Source of the DNA: Tubulanus polymorphus
Lineage: Eukaryota > Animalia > Nemertea
Length of the DNA stretch: 64,000 nt
Direction of reading: 5' to 3'
Assembly: GCF_964204645.1 (NCBI RefSeq)
Contig: NC_134027.1
Location: forward strand, 26,994,560-27,058,559
Shown piece after piece: positions 1 through 14,064 of this stretch. Position 1 is the stretch's first letter. Every line of letters begins with the position of its first letter. Under the pieces are notes generated by a model. That model saw only the letters and a list, made by a program, of their open reading frames with translations, did no database searches and was not told the DNA's origin. The translations under genes and the position numbers were made by a program.

Positions 1-648
1 AAGTGATATTAATTGTCATCATGCCAGCATCAAACAATGAATACATTTCACTCAGCTCAACAAACATTAATTAGTTCTTATTGAAACAAATATCTATTCT
101 GATAATTAATTCTCATCTAACGCGACTCGGATAGTGTCACCTGTAGACTGTAGTCTATAGGTCACCTATAGTCTTTAGGGCTTAATGCAACCAGACACCA
201 ATAATGGGCCTTTACTAGGCTTAACCATGTGATAGTGATGGTCAGAGTGCTCGCAAGAAACCTGTTCAGATCCCTGACAATACCGGGTAACTTTTTTTAC
301 CCCTTGTCATCATATAGGGTGCTGTGTGTGTCAGGTACCTGTGCTAACAAATTTACTGTAAACTGTAATTTATTATTGATTTTAAGATAGTCATTAGTTA
401 ATCCAGCCCTAATGCTTACCTAATTTTAATAGAATTGAGTTCCAACTCAATTTCTCTTGAGTCTTTTTGTAAATTTTGTCGTATAAAATGTTTTATTTTG
501 GTGCGGCACCAAAACTGAATTTGATCTCAACAGCTGACTGAATGGTCACCAGTTAAACGATGACCACACTGACCAGACAATCTTTGTCAATTGCTGTGAC
601 TTACTGGACCAGTGGTTAGGATATTGCACTGGCAAGTGATAGACCCAG

Positions 649-858
649 GGGCCAGTTGCTCAGTCCAAAAGTGGTCTTAAGTTGTTAGATTGGCTATAGA
701 ACTAAGTTTGTCTTAGACTGGTCTCTGCCATGACCCAGGGGCCAGTTGCTCAGTCGTGACTTAAGTCCAAAAGTGGTCTTAAATCTTAAGACTGGCTTAA
801 GTTGTTAGATTGGCTATAGAACTAAGTTGGTCTTAGACTGGTCTTATGCAACCGGCCC
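649..858. mobile_element. Two adjacent copies of MITE family A (PIF/Harbinger-like)
   Basis: Complete copy 739-858 has TIR GGGCCAGTTGC...GCAACCGGCCC and CAG TSD; truncated copy starts at 649. Confidence 0.8.
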
Positions 859-1224
859 CAGGTTCCTGATGGCTATAGTTAGTCTTAAGGTTGTTGAATT
901 TTTTGTTCTGTTTTTGCTATAAGAGCTCACTCCCTTCCTCTTAACGACGATGAGATGGTGTTTTTAAATGGTATATAGTTTATATATAACCGAGGAGCTG
1001 AATCCCTGCGCTGCAGTTTTCTCTTCTCTCTTTGATTTTCAACATGATGTTGGATGTTGATCAATGCTTTTATTCTACTGATGCGAAGTTGTTCTGATGT
1101 TTTTTCATTCATTGCTCACTCAATTTCCGCGACTGCCGCGCGTCTCTAAGTGCTGAGCATTGTGGAAACATAACCTTATGTTTATCGGATATTTGTGTGG
1201 TTTGTGAGAATAAGGCGGTCTTAC

Positions 1225-1302
1225 GCAGCTGTAGTCGTCCTCGTCGATGGGCATCTCAGGTATCAAGAATCTTGCCATAAGATTTTTCAATAATTCGCCC
1301 AT
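1225..1302 (-). CDS. Candidate first coding exon of an unidentified divergently transcribed gene
   Basis: ATG...TGC|gtaaga on the minus strand, 26 codons MGELLKNLMARFLIPEMPIDEDDYSC, phase 0; CpG-rich upstream region with TGCGCGCA near 1519; no homologue recognised. Confidence 0.3.
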
Positions 1303-3403
1303 GTAGCAGACTCTAAATCTATTAATGAGGGAAAAACACTTTTTCAACAGATGTAAAAATGTCCATATCAATTTACAAACATGACACTGGATAGATTTAT
1401 TAGGAATCTTCGTCCGGTGTTTAGTCGCGAGGCGATCGAACTTTGCTGGTTGATGGAAGACGCGATATTTGCGATAATGGCATAACATCGAGGGGGGGAT
1501 AAAAAAATGATTTCTCCGTGCGCGCATGACTGATGAATTCGAAATCATGTATAAGAATATTCGACGGAAAGTAATAATACCGGTACTGGGAAACGGAATA
1601 AAAACTGCATAAAACAAATAATTAATTATTTATATAAAACGAGTTGTAGTGAATTTGAAATCCATGCTGAAGATTATTGTTTATAAAAGAGAATGACTGT
1701 CTCTGGTTCTCGTTGTTCTGTTAGTTTTATTAGTTTTGCGTGAGTTATAGTGAAATCTCTACGTCGTATTGAGTTACTAGTCTGCGGTGACAAGCATGCA
1801 TTTATCTTGCAGAACTTTGAGGACACTTGATGAAATTTTTATCAGTGAACTTTTCCATCGTCGAGCAGCTGTACGCGAAATAATTATTGAATTCATCTCA
1901 ATTAATGATCATCGGATATTAGTGCAATACCTCGCTAACTCACTCGCGTCCAGTTTCACTGAAATCATTCAAATAAGATTTTTCTTGATATAATATTTTA
2001 TCAAAAGACCCCTGATAGCTTCCCTGATCATAACCTCGCACCCTCTTGAATGCTTACCCAAAAACATTCGTCATGAACCCGATTATTGAAAGACTCTAAA
2101 ACAAAGTTTATCTAAGTGCCTTTGGATATCAAATCAGTGAAAATTGTCACTTTATAAATAGTATTTCATCATGTTGAAGAATTGTATAGAAAATTCTCGA
2201 ATTCAGAAAGAAAAATGAAAATATTTCCTTCGATTAATGGTTTATATTTCGATGTTTCTGACTAAATCAGAAATAGTTGAGATTGCAACAAAACTATGAG
2301 ATTCCAAGATTATGAGAAATTATGAGAACCTTTTCGGACTTTTTGGGATTTTGTTTATTATCGACTGATTAGTTTCTCTCCCCTCCACCAGGTATGAATT
2401 TCAGTATTATATACAGTCAGCTTATTTTTTGCCCAAACACCCGAAATAGTTAGAAATGAAAGTAAAAAGTTGTATTTCAGTGCGACCACACAACCGCCCG
2501 ACGCTTCATTCGAGAAATTCATGGGAAATTCTGCGCTTGTAAGTGAATGTTTCCACTCTTGTTTTATTCATGATGTATTGGTGGTCCAATTAGTGCTATG
2601 AGAAATATTAGATTGATTGTGGCTGGAAGACGCTGGGCGTGAGAACAGAAGTTTCACAGAAAATCTGCGAGCTGTTTGTCTGCTAAACTTTGTCGTTGTA
2701 TCAGATATAATATGGACAATTGATAAGCAGTTCGATACTGAAGATTTACACAGATATCTGAACACTAGCGCAGATGGTTTGTTTACCGGTTAATACAGTT
2801 TCAACATCTTGTATTTGCAGTTCAGTTTTACTAAGTGTAAGTCGTCATTTGTATAAATCATCACATTACTGAAAGTTGTCTAGTTTTACGTTCTGAATTT
2901 ATATTTACAATTCATTTTACTAAGCGGAAAACATTATTTGGATAAGTCGTCACATTATTGAAGTAGTCTCTCGTATTTTTGAGTCCTGATTTGTATTTCT
3001 AATTCAATTTACTCAGCGTAAGTCGTATCAACTTAATGATCGTCCAAACAAATTTGAGATACATAAAATGAATTTCATCATCTGATGTAATATTTCAGTT
3101 GAGTTCAGTTTATTTCTCATGTTTTCCAATGATATTTAATTTTCAGTTTCTTTCTGTTATCGCTGCTGCTGCTGCTGCTGCTGCTGATGCGTTTGTGGTA
3201 TTTTCTAGCAATGTGGACTTGATAATTAAACCAGTTACACCTGCCACAACACCTGTACATCTGTACACAGTGATTACATTGATTTTTTTCTACTAATCTC
3301 TCTGATAAATACATTGCAGTACTTGCCCCGGCAAACAGGTGATAAATAAATCCTAATCAGTTTTTTGTATGTCGTTTATTGCAGGACTATTTCCACTGTC
3401 CGC

Positions 3404-3657
3404 CTCACTCCCTTTCCTCACTCCCTCCCTCCCTCGCTCTTCCCTTCATCCCTCCCTTCTCATTCCCCTTTCTCTCTCCTGCCTCTCCCTCACTCGAGCT
3501 TACCACTCCATCAATCTCTCTTCTCTCCCTCCTCTCCGTCTCTCTCACTCTCCCTGGCCTTCTCACTCCCTCTCCTCACTTTCTCCCCTTCTCTCTCACT
3601 CTCCCTGGCCCTCACTCCCTCTCCTCTCCTCACTCTCTCCCTTTCTATCTCTCTGAT
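3404..3657. repeat. CT-rich polypyrimidine low-complexity tract
   Basis: CTCACTCCCT-type units; source of spurious S/L/P-rich ORFs. A similar tract lies at 12778-12858. Confidence 0.9.
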
Positions 3658-4223
3658 CTGAGTTTTTCTTACAAATTCGATTTTGAACTGAATTGATTTT
3701 TCTCAGCAAATATTCTTATGCAACACGAGGATGCAGGCTGTAGGATGATGAAAGGAAGGAGGATAGGAGGAGGAGGAGAAGGCGATTAAATTTTTCGAAG
3801 TTACTGTGAGAATGGCCAGCTGTATTAGCCTATTGGTGTGAATGAGATTAGCAGTCCAGCTTCATGCTTGGTTACTCATCCGATCGGTTGTGTTAATATG
3901 AAGCAATGAGAACGTGACATGTGGGGGAATTTAACTGGAAATATTTAAACTATTTTAGCGGTTTGCTGCAGTGATACGTGATTGAGACACAATCCAGCAC
4001 TCACTCACTCACTCGGTCTATTTTCAAGGAATGAAAAAGAACTCATGAAAAGTGATGTTGATTCCCACAAAAATGAGAAGCCAATTGAATAAATGTGACA
4101 ATTAGGCTTCTGTCGTTTGTGTCCAGTTGCACAGTTAAGAATGGTCCAAAGTCAAAGTCGGCTGTGGTACTATATATGATCTCGTCAAAAATTTCGTACC
4201 ACTGGACACTGGACATGATTTTC

Positions 4224-4652
4224 AGGCCTGGTTCTGTAGTTCTTAAAGTGGTCTTAGATCAACTGATATGAGCTTAGACTGGTCTCAAGTTATTAGATTA
4301 GTTATAGAACCAAAATGAGCTTAGACTGGTCTTAAGTTTTGAGATCATTTATAGAACCAAAATGAGCTTAGATTGGTCTCAAGTTGTTAGATTAGTTATA
4401 GAACCAAAATGAGCTTAAACTGGTCTCAAGTTGTTAGATTATTTATAGAACAAAAATGAGTTTAGACTGGTCTTAAGTTGTTAGATTGGTTATAGAACTA
4501 AAATGAGCTTAGACTGGTCTTAAGTTGTTGGATTGGTTATTGTACCAAAATGAACATAGACTGGTCTTAAATTGTTAGATTGGTTATAGAACCAAGATGA
4601 GCTTAGACTGGTCTTAAGTTGTTAGATTGGTTATAGAACGAATTGGTCTTCA
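4224..4652. repeat. 47-bp minisatellite (about 8 units) amplified from the interior of MITE family A
   Basis: Unit GAGCTTAGACTGGTCTTAAGTTGTTAGATTGGTTATAGAACCAAAAT recurring every 47 bp from 4270 to 4599. Confidence 0.9.
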
Positions 4653-6857
4653 GTGATGATTTTGGAGCCGTCCTCCAGAAGTTTGCACTCATTAATCAGA
4701 CGCCGAATCAATGAATTCTATGAATTCAATGAATTTAATTATCGGTTCTCGTTGTAGAATTAAGATCCGTCGCTTTCAAACGAAAATAGACAGAAAAAAG
4801 TAATTATCACAAAAATGAAATTGTGCCTCGTAGAGGAGTTCTCGAGCTTATAGCAATGACTAAGCTTTAGCCTATGATCGGCGTGCATTTTCTAGATAAA
4901 CAGTAAAACGTTAGTGAATTGTGGATCTGTAGTCGTCAGATAGCTGTTTGATTGTAGGTGAAATCACCTCAGATTAACGCAGCAGCCGCAGCCGCAGTCC
5001 GTCTCTCCGGTTATGGCTTCCTTCTTTCTCGTGTCTTGTCACCGATGGTTACAGTAAATCAAGCGCGACCTAATGACAGGTTTTGTCTTCTGCGATATGT
5101 TTTTTGAAAGACGTCATATTTTAAAAATGTTTTCCCCCTCGGAGCGGGATGTGTACAGTTTACAAGGGCGTATCTACGATCTTATGAAGGGGAGACCTGA
5201 AAATTGAACTGGGTACTTAATTTGAAAAGGGCAGATTTGGAAATGTGGCTTTTATGGACTTTTGGACTTACTTGAATTCATTTTTCATATTTCATTTTCT
5301 TTGCAAAAAAAATATCTTGACTTTTTTGGAAGGCAAGAATTATGATGAGGCGGACCAGTCCACCCGGTCCACCCCCTAATTCCACCCTTGGTATACAAGA
5401 AAGATACTTGTAGTGAAATATTAAGATCATGCCAATTATGGAAAAAGTATCGCACAATTTTAAAGTTTTTTCCTAGTTTTATTTCTGAAGATATTTTCAA
5501 ACTATTGATCACCGGATAATAACGCTCGTAAGTCCTCGACGCATAAAACAGTAGTAAAACCGTAATTACCTAGGTGGCGCTGGTGTAGTCGTGTTAACTA
5601 CGTGGTATAAGACGTTATAATGTTATTAGCTCGCATATGTTACCGTACTGATAACAGGCTTAGTAAAGTCAGGCTTACAATAAGAAGATTACGGCATCGT
5701 TCATAAATAAACCCATCTGTCTGTCTTAGCGAGAACCGGTCGCTCGAGAACCGTCCATTTTCTATAAGCTTCATATCGACAACTGACAAGATGATATTAC
5801 GTGTTTTATGTCCACACTAAACAACAAGCGCCTGAAATTCAGAATTGTTTCATTTCAACCGAGAAATTGTCACCCCCTGAATCCACCCATTTTTATGTTC
5901 CATTTTTTTGTTAAACTGATAAATACCGTAGTAACAGTGAACTTTCAATCGTCGCTATATTTGAACTATCCACTGGTTAACTCCAACCATGGACATATAA
6001 ACTAGTTTATACGACCACGATCTAACCAACTTTTGATCGAAAGCAGCCCCCGGGACTAGTATATAAATGACTGTATTTATTTCCAATGTTTACGGGTAAC
6101 CGGCGGATAAACTGTTGTTACGATAAAATTTTTAATCGTCACTATATGTCAACTATCCCCTGGTAAAAACTCAGACCAACTTTTCAGCAATTGCAGGCCC
6201 AGTTCTGTGCTTAGAAGTTTACACCCAGTTCTATTAGACTCATGATAATTTCACAGTTTCCAGATGCTGCTGCCATCTTCAACTCGATACAGATATTACT
6301 GCATTGTGGTTCTCAATCAAAACCGTAACACCCTCTTAATCCCCTTCACCACTAAATATTAATTGCGATCAGAGAATTGTTTGTCGTGTCAAATACTTCC
6401 ATGATATTTAATTTTCTTGGACATTTATTGGAAATATTCAATAATAATAATTCGTAAAGGTTACTCGGTGAAGAAACCTTAATCTGTTTGTTCTTATTAG
6501 AAATACTAGTTCATATGAAATACAATTAAAGAATTGTGAAGATACATGTATGTATGTGATATGAGAAAGTCAGTGAAGTGTAACTGGTTGACGTGTATTT
6601 TTCAGTGTTGTATTTTTGTGATAAGTTGTATCTTGTTGCGTCCAGCTCGGTTTAAGGTGAGACCGGGGACTGGGTGTGCGTTTTATCAGTCTATAGCACG
6701 AGCCGACTGGGGAACGCCGCGTAACGTTTACCATCGAAAACAATTAGTTTTTTCACTAGTAGTCGACCAATTTGCTGTGTCTGAGTCGGAGTGATACTGC
6801 GGTAGATTCATTGGTGTGAATCGCGGCTACAACCTCGGGGATACTGCTGGATCGTGT

Positions 6858-6939
6858 ATGATTAGAGATCTAATATACCCGCTGCAACCATCCAGCATCA
6901 CCCGGGATTTACATCCCATTAAGTTCATGTCATACACAG
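6858..6939 (+). CDS. Candidate distal alternative first coding exon of MTG/CBFA2T
   Basis: ATG...ACA G|gtattt, 27 codons + 1 nt (MIRDLIYPLQPSSITRDLHPIKFMSYT), phase 1 matching acceptor 45902; Inr-like TCAGT at 6686; donor is weak. Confidence 0.35.
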
Positions 6940-9044
6940 GTATTTTACGGAACTGATAACGCGACATTAGAATTATCACTCACCGTGTCACTGCCTTCAT
7001 TCAAAAGTTCAACGTCTTTTTAGGTCGATTTTAAAACAAAAATTAAAACTGTTCGATATCTCGATTTCAGATATCTAAGTACGTACCCGTAATTAAAATC
7101 ATTGTTGCTGATTTTTTCGTGAAATTTTATTCATAATTTATTCAGCTTTTTAGTTTAGTTTGTTTAGCTGACTACTTCAACGTGTATGTATTACATACAG
7201 CGTATGAATACAACTCCGCTACGTTGAAGTCATTGTCTCGAAAATAGTCGGTGATATTTTTGGGCGATGATTTTTTCGTTGAATTTATTCCAGTAATTTG
7301 TCAAGTTGCATGTGTGCGTATGATATGGATGTGTGACTGATAGAAACAGAAGCACCTGCCCCGCCTCGTAGGACTTTCTTCTATCACCTGGTACCAGCTT
7401 TCGAGCTTCCGTTTTCAATCACATTCCCGGACGAAACTACGAGATGTTTTAGAGGAAATAGAATATGAGTGTAATAATAATAAAGCAGCAAGTTTTCATG
7501 AAATAGATGTGGAATAACTGGTCTATTTAAGGGTATGAATTAGAATTTGATATACATAGCTGAATGGAACCTCAGTCGAACTAACTTCAGGAGAAATCTG
7601 TTCATTATAACTGATAGCTTAAAAGTTAGTTGAAGCATGGACTCTTTATTTTAGAGTCCATGGTTAAAGATAACCAGTAGATAGATTCCACAGTAACAAT
7701 GAACTGTAAATTGTCACTATGTAAACTATCCACTTTTGAGCAACTGCAGCCCCTGAACATTATAATAATGATCCCTTGCTTTAAAGATGTTTACATTTTA
7801 AAAAAAATCATTCCTTTGGAGAAATGATTGATTCATATGAATATCAATTCCCTTTGTGGATCATTATCTGAATGTTCATTGCTTCATCAAACTCTTTAAT
7901 TGACTTATTGGCATTCATTATTAGTTCAGTAATTCCCGATGATCCCAAATCACCCCCCCTCAGGCTGTGGTGCTGTGATACAAAACTGTGCAGTACTCGG
8001 TAAACTGAAGCTGGATTCACCCCTGATATATCGGAATAAAAAGTTGCTTAATTCATTCGCGATATCGTGCATGCCCTTATAAAGACACCTGCTGATGACT
8101 AGTGAGTGTCCTAGTGTACCCATACATCACACACATTCACCTGTCCGATGACGACCGATGCTGTCTATAAATGAATACATCAATCTATGTCAAACTGTGT
8201 GCGTGTTAAACTGTACGAGACATTCCATCAAATACTTCATTAGTTACGCCGATCAAATTCTAAATCCAGACTCATGAATTTACGAATCATTTTTTGATGT
8301 AAAGTTTCTTTAGAACGGAAGATATTGAAAATATTTTCAAAGTCACATTCACTGTGTGGATTGTGATCTAATTAGAGCAAAACTAATGCTTATATAACTA
8401 AAGCGCCCTTTTAAGTTCCTGTCATTATTTCGGAACCAATTCTACAATAATATCTGTCAGTGACATCTGCAATTACAACTGCAGTCTATATGACATTTCA
8501 CCGAGCGTATTGGGCCTGATGCGGTCACCTGTCAGAGGCCGTAAAAAGTGCCCTGAATAGAATATCAAGGGCCCTTCTAAATATGGAACATAGTTGAAAA
8601 TAGTTCCTAAATCTGACCCAAGTTGATTATGGATCCAGTTCTTCATTTTCTAGAAGTTTCTCTCCTTCTTTTTCTCGGTGATAATTAACTATATAGATGA
8701 CATTCCGTCGGTGTATTCCCATCCGGAAATTACCGATATTGACGGAAAAGGGTTAATCCATCATTTTGGATGATTGAATGCAGCATCTTCCATTTATCCG
8801 TTGTATCATCAACTGCTGCTTCTCTGTAGATTAATCAAGATAGATTAATTCCAATGAAATCCCGGGTTTATGTTTAATCAGCTGTCTGATATTCACCATC
8901 ACTATCAGTCTCAATCAGTCCACCTCGTATTATAAACCTTGACAACGGCGTTTCGATATTTTTTCCGTAGATTTTCAATTATTTCGTCTTCAATTGACTG
9001 AGACTCTCGACGAGCTGTCGTATCTATTTTCGTGAAGAGACTAT

Positions 9045-9339
9045 AGCCGCGATCACACGTGCATTTTTGGCCCGGAACAACTGTTCACACGGGTGCCAAA
9101 TGGGCCCGAGCCTGTTTGGCCCGACCAAAAACGTCGGACCAGGCCCGAGCACAAGACAAATGATTGCGTTTGAATTGCAACTGGCACCGGAAATGATCGG
9201 CTTTGTTTGAGCATTGTTTAGTATCGAGTGAATGGTTTGCGTGTGAACGCGCTCTCTAATAAGGCACGGGCCAAATTTGGCCCGAGCCTGATCGGCGCCA
9301 ATTTGGCCCGGGTCAAATAGTCTCCGTGTGATCGCGGCT
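9045..9339. mobile_element. MITE with 15-bp TIR and 3-bp TSD (Harbinger/Tourist-like)
   Basis: AGCCGCGATCACACG...CGTGTGATCGCGGCT flanked by TAT/TAT; repeated internal TTGGCCCG motifs. Confidence 0.8.
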
Positions 9340-10179
9340 TATGTATCTCTAGAGTTCTCTGCGCCGGATGCGATGAACCTAAATTCAAAGAGTAATATCT
9401 CGTAATGTTGTTTGCGATATTACTCAGAAGGTCGTCCTCGTTTTTCAAACCGCGCACAACCTTTTTCTTATGACATTACTTCGCGTCGACCCTTTATACA
9501 ATTCATGCGATGAATTCCCCTTTGGTCGCGTAGTATAAATGAGTCATTTGATTCATCCCAATCAAGATGCCGGCCGTCTTGCGCTGTTCCCTAGGGTCCA
9601 CTGTATCAATCTTACAATCAGCCGGCTCTGATGGAATTATCGCGGACCAGCTGCGGATATGAGGACAATTCTCTCAACCAATCACATTGTATTCTCTAAG
9701 GATGCTGATTGTTAGCTAGGGCTGTTTATATATGTATGACACACCTGATCCCTGACTGTTCGCTCCAGTCAACTCTTCAAAACTCTTCTCCGTTTTAAAT
9801 TTGGTGTCAACCTCGTGCGTTTAGTTGAGTCAGCGAGGAGGAGTACAACTCCTGCCCTTCTTGCCCTGGCTATGTATATATATATGTATATATATATATA
9901 TGTATATGTTTATCAGCAGGGTAGTTCAAGATTGGAGCAGCATTCTGCTGCCCAAAACTTGGGCCTGTCAAAACTTGGGTGTATACGCTTATATGCACTT
10001 GAATGTCGCTCAAGTGCCTGGAAAATACATGAACCGGCACTGAGATGAAATGTTTAAATTTTCCAGTTTTCCATTCAGTTTTGGCATCGTCAATACATTT
10101 TGACTTCCTCTTTGTAGATACTTGCCATTTGCAACAGTATGGCCTTTTTATTACTTCGTCTTTCTGTCTAATTCAGCCC

Positions 10180-10451
10180 CAGGACCTCGTTTACGCAGTC
10201 TTGACTGAAGTCCAAAAGATGTCTTAAATCTAAAGACTGGTATTTAGTTGTTAGATTGACTATAGAATCGAGATGGTCTTAAATCCAAGCCTTCGCTATG
10301 TAACTGAACCCTGAGCCTGGGCCCAGTTGCACAGTCGTGACTTAAGTCTAAAAAAGGTCTTAAATCTTAAGATTGGTCTTGTTGATTGCCTATAGAACTA
10401 ATTTGGTCTTAGACTGGTCTTAAGTCTAAGCCATGACTATGCAACTGGCTC
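10180..10451. mobile_element. Two further family A MITE copies
   Basis: 10320-10451 has GGCCCAGTTGC...GCAACTGGCTC with CTG TSD; a diverged copy lies at about 10180-10310; same internal GACTGGTCTTAAG/TATAGAAC motifs. Confidence 0.75.
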
Positions 10452-13400
10452 CTGATAGCAATCCCTGAATTGAAGTGTTTTTTCAATGATTTCAGTATCT
10501 GTGTATGTGTGGTGTGTGGTGTGTGGTGTTGTGTGTGTATATATATAGAATAGTGAAGTGATGTTTAACAGTCGTAGCGCGAAAATCAAATTACATTCGT
10601 CGTCATCGAAGACGAGACGTGATTTGATTGGATTTAAAATTAATCAAAAGCTCGCTGGTTCTGGTTGTTTGATCTCTGAAATGTGACGTGCTGTTGTGAA
10701 GTAATGTAATTCTCAGATCTTCAAACATGAAAGATAACGGTAGCAGATGGCGCCGCCGAGGTCTCCGGTGATGAGAGTGAGAGAGAACTGATCCGATCTG
10801 CCGTTAATTCCGTGTAAGACGACGTCATTTCGGTTGATTGTGGAAATTACGCGAAAACGAGCCGCAGAAAGTCAACGCGTTCGTCGAGTTTATCGGCCCG
10901 AAGGAAAACCGTCTGAAGCGTTAATCCAATTTAGGGAGGAATTCGATGGAACGTTGCTCGGTATATGAACCGTCTCCCGCGTCAGTGTCAAATACTGATC
11001 ACCAGAAACTTTACGACGAGCTTTATGAATAATATATAGAAATAACTGTTTTTCTCATGTATATTACCCCCAGTTTGTGTATAACAATTTATCGCTAAAT
11101 TAGTCTCTTCGTTCTGTTACAATGACTCAAAACATCGAATAGAATATTGAGGAAACTTTTCAGACTTTTATTCCTAGGATGGGATTTTATATTATCATTA
11201 GTAGTGACCAGGATTTTAAAATGTGAAATAATATTCATATCCCTTAATGTTATTTTATTATCACTTTTGAACACTGAGTTGATATACGTAATTGATTAAG
11301 ACTCTTAAACTTATCCAGCAAGTTCATGGATTTGAATTAAATGTGCTTAGTAATGATGACTTTACCTATATAGTTTAGGCCCGGGCCCTACAGTGTTATA
11401 TATTGCCTACGCGCCTGAAACAAGCAGCATTATAAAGTCCTGTTTTTCAGAGATTGTTGAATATATAAATTGGTTGTAGGTAAAAATCTCAAAATCTTGA
11501 ATGTTGGCAAGAATCCCCACTTGGCGATTTTTTCGAGAACATTTCAAAGCAAGATATTTCTCCAATTCTATTCATTTACAATAAAACTGGAGCTGATTAT
11601 AGATTCTTAGATACTTTTGACAAATTACGGATTTTTACCGGTAACCGTATAAATGAAGTTTTAATAACTATAATAAGTTTTGAATCAAAATTTAGGATGT
11701 AAAAATTTGTTCTTCTGTTTCGATGACAAAACAAAAAAAAAGCTTTAGCTATGATAATGAATTGTTTTGTAGAATGAGGGTCGATTGATCCGTTACAGGT
11801 GCCAAGATAAACCCGTTCCACAGCTGCATTTATATAAATATATAATGGATCCTTAGAGCTGTTACTCGCACACGGACAATATAAATTTCAATTGTCACCG
11901 GAGACAGGTGCAATGGATTATTACAGCACTGCTAGTGCTGCAGATGTAATATACTTAAACTTTGAAATTTTCATGAGAAATGAATTTCACTAATTGAACC
12001 GACTCCAGTGGATCCACTTCCACAGTTGTGAGTTATTAGAGTTAACTCTGAACTCAGGATCCGCTTCCACAGTTGTGAGTTAACTCTGAGATAAACTCAG
12101 TTAATCTCCAAGATTTGAGAGTAATATTTAACCCATAACGGTTTGACTGGATCTAGTTATGTATTTCATGAGTTTGAAAACTTCGATGACCTTACAGCTA
12201 ATGGTATCAGACAATAAGACTGAGTTTGACTTTGAATTAAACCCCAGAAATGAATCCAAGAGAGTGGTTTATTGATGCTCGAACTCTCTGAATGAATCAC
12301 TATTTGTATAGTGTAAGGGTTCGAACGCTGAAGGACCCGGGTTCAAATTTCGGAAAGTGTTCAGGTTAATGGGGTCTTGGAATTTGCCTGAAAGATGTCA
12401 ACTGCCCCTAAAATTCCTCAATTTACAGCTGGGTTTAGTTTCATGAAAAAATTGAAAGCTTAGAACAAGTTTGAATTGTCCAAATTGTTTGAATTGAAAT
12501 CATAAACTAAAGCAAAAATTTGAGTTAAAACTTTTTCGTGGAACTGAATCGTGAATAGTTATTAGTTTAAGATGTTATTCGTAATATATATTAGAATTGA
12601 ATTGAGATGAGATCTATATATATATATATATATATACATATACCACACACGTGTTTCCATTTCAGACAATAAGAATTTCACAATATATCGATGGTTTTTA
12701 CTATGAAACAATAGTTCAAATAGAATGATTGTAAATTGGCTACAGATGTCGGTGGTCATCTGTTCTCAGTTCATTACCTCTCCCTGTCCTTCCTCTCACT
12801 CACTCCTCTCCCTGTCCTTCCTCTCACTCCTCTCAAGTCCCTCTCCCCTCTCCTCCTGGTTATTAGAAGATTCTGTTGCGTTTCATTTGTTTCCAATAAT
12901 GGACACATGTTCCCCATGGGTAAAACATGTGTCACCAATTCAACATATGTAAACTTCGATTTTTATCAGTAACAACATGCATTTTGGTAAACATGATTTT
13001 GACTATACACGGACTGATTGCCTACGTACACATACATTAACGCGTACATTTAGCGTCTTAATTCATGCAGAAGATGATATTAACTTATCAAATATACACC
13101 TAACAACTGATATTCGTGACCCCGATGAGAAAATAGTTATCGCCGAATAGAAATTCCTAGTTGTCTCGTGAAGTTCCTGCGATACTGTTGAGGTAACCGA
13201 TACACGCAGCGATATAGCGTAATCAATTATTGATATTTTTCTGAAACTATGTATCGCCTGATTGGGTCTGGGTCCCCTAGTGACATTTAATAAATAAATG
13301 GTCAGCTGTGGGCCAATTTGTATTGATTTTGAGAATATTTCCAGCTGTACAGCTGTCTAGCTATTATTGAATGTGGAAGTTAGATGGGGATCTTGTAGGC

Positions 13401-14030
13401 CATGTGTTCTGTCCCGCAGATGGTTTTAAGTATTAAATACGGCATCTGTTTCAATGTTTAAGTTTAATCAATTAATGAATAACAGTATGGACTGATATAT
13501 GAAAATACATCTGATAGTTTACTATAGAATTATAGTCATTCTGAAGACACGAAGAGAATCTTGCAACGAATATTGTATTAAACTTGAATCATGTACAAAA
13601 ATGAAAAACCAATATGGGTTAAAACGATATCTGGCATTTCTATCCCTGGTATTTACTGCCTCAGGCATGGCTGGCGCGCGCCAAATGCACTACCATATAG
13701 ACTATATAAATTCTATCAATAAAACCAAGTGTTCAAGGGCATTGACTAATGTGTTGCGAGGGCCAGTTATACAAAATCTCACTTAAGTCCAAAAACTAAT
13801 AAACGATCAGTTACTGGTTTTACCAGCAATCCACTTTTTATTGGTTTGAACCTTAGTGATGACGCGGGTTCTTTTTCCCTCCGGTCCGGAAACAGAAACC
13901 TTGAACCCGCTAATAATACTGTAAACAGAGCTCAGTGGGTTGAGGATGACCTAAGTGTTGCTGATAATGTCCTGAGTGGAGCTCAATGGATCGAGGGGTG
14001 TGTATGGCGCTCTGATGCGCTCTGATGTAC

Positions 14031-14064
14031 CTACGAGCAATTATGTTCAGATAATTGCTCGTAG
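14031..14064. mobile_element. 34-bp hairpin micro-element with 7-bp TSD
   Basis: GATGTAC-CTACGAGCAATTAT-GTTCAG-ATAATTGCTCGTAG-GATGTAC: perfect 14-bp inverted repeat and perfect 7-bp direct flanks. Confidence 0.7.

Noticed and set aside
927-1112. 61-aa minus-strand ORF as a continuation of ORF 1120-1617
   Set aside because: Different frame, separated by stop codons, and no recognisable domain.
3365-3696. Three overlapping S/L/P-rich ORFs
   Set aside because: A pyrimidine tract lacks stop codons in all frames.
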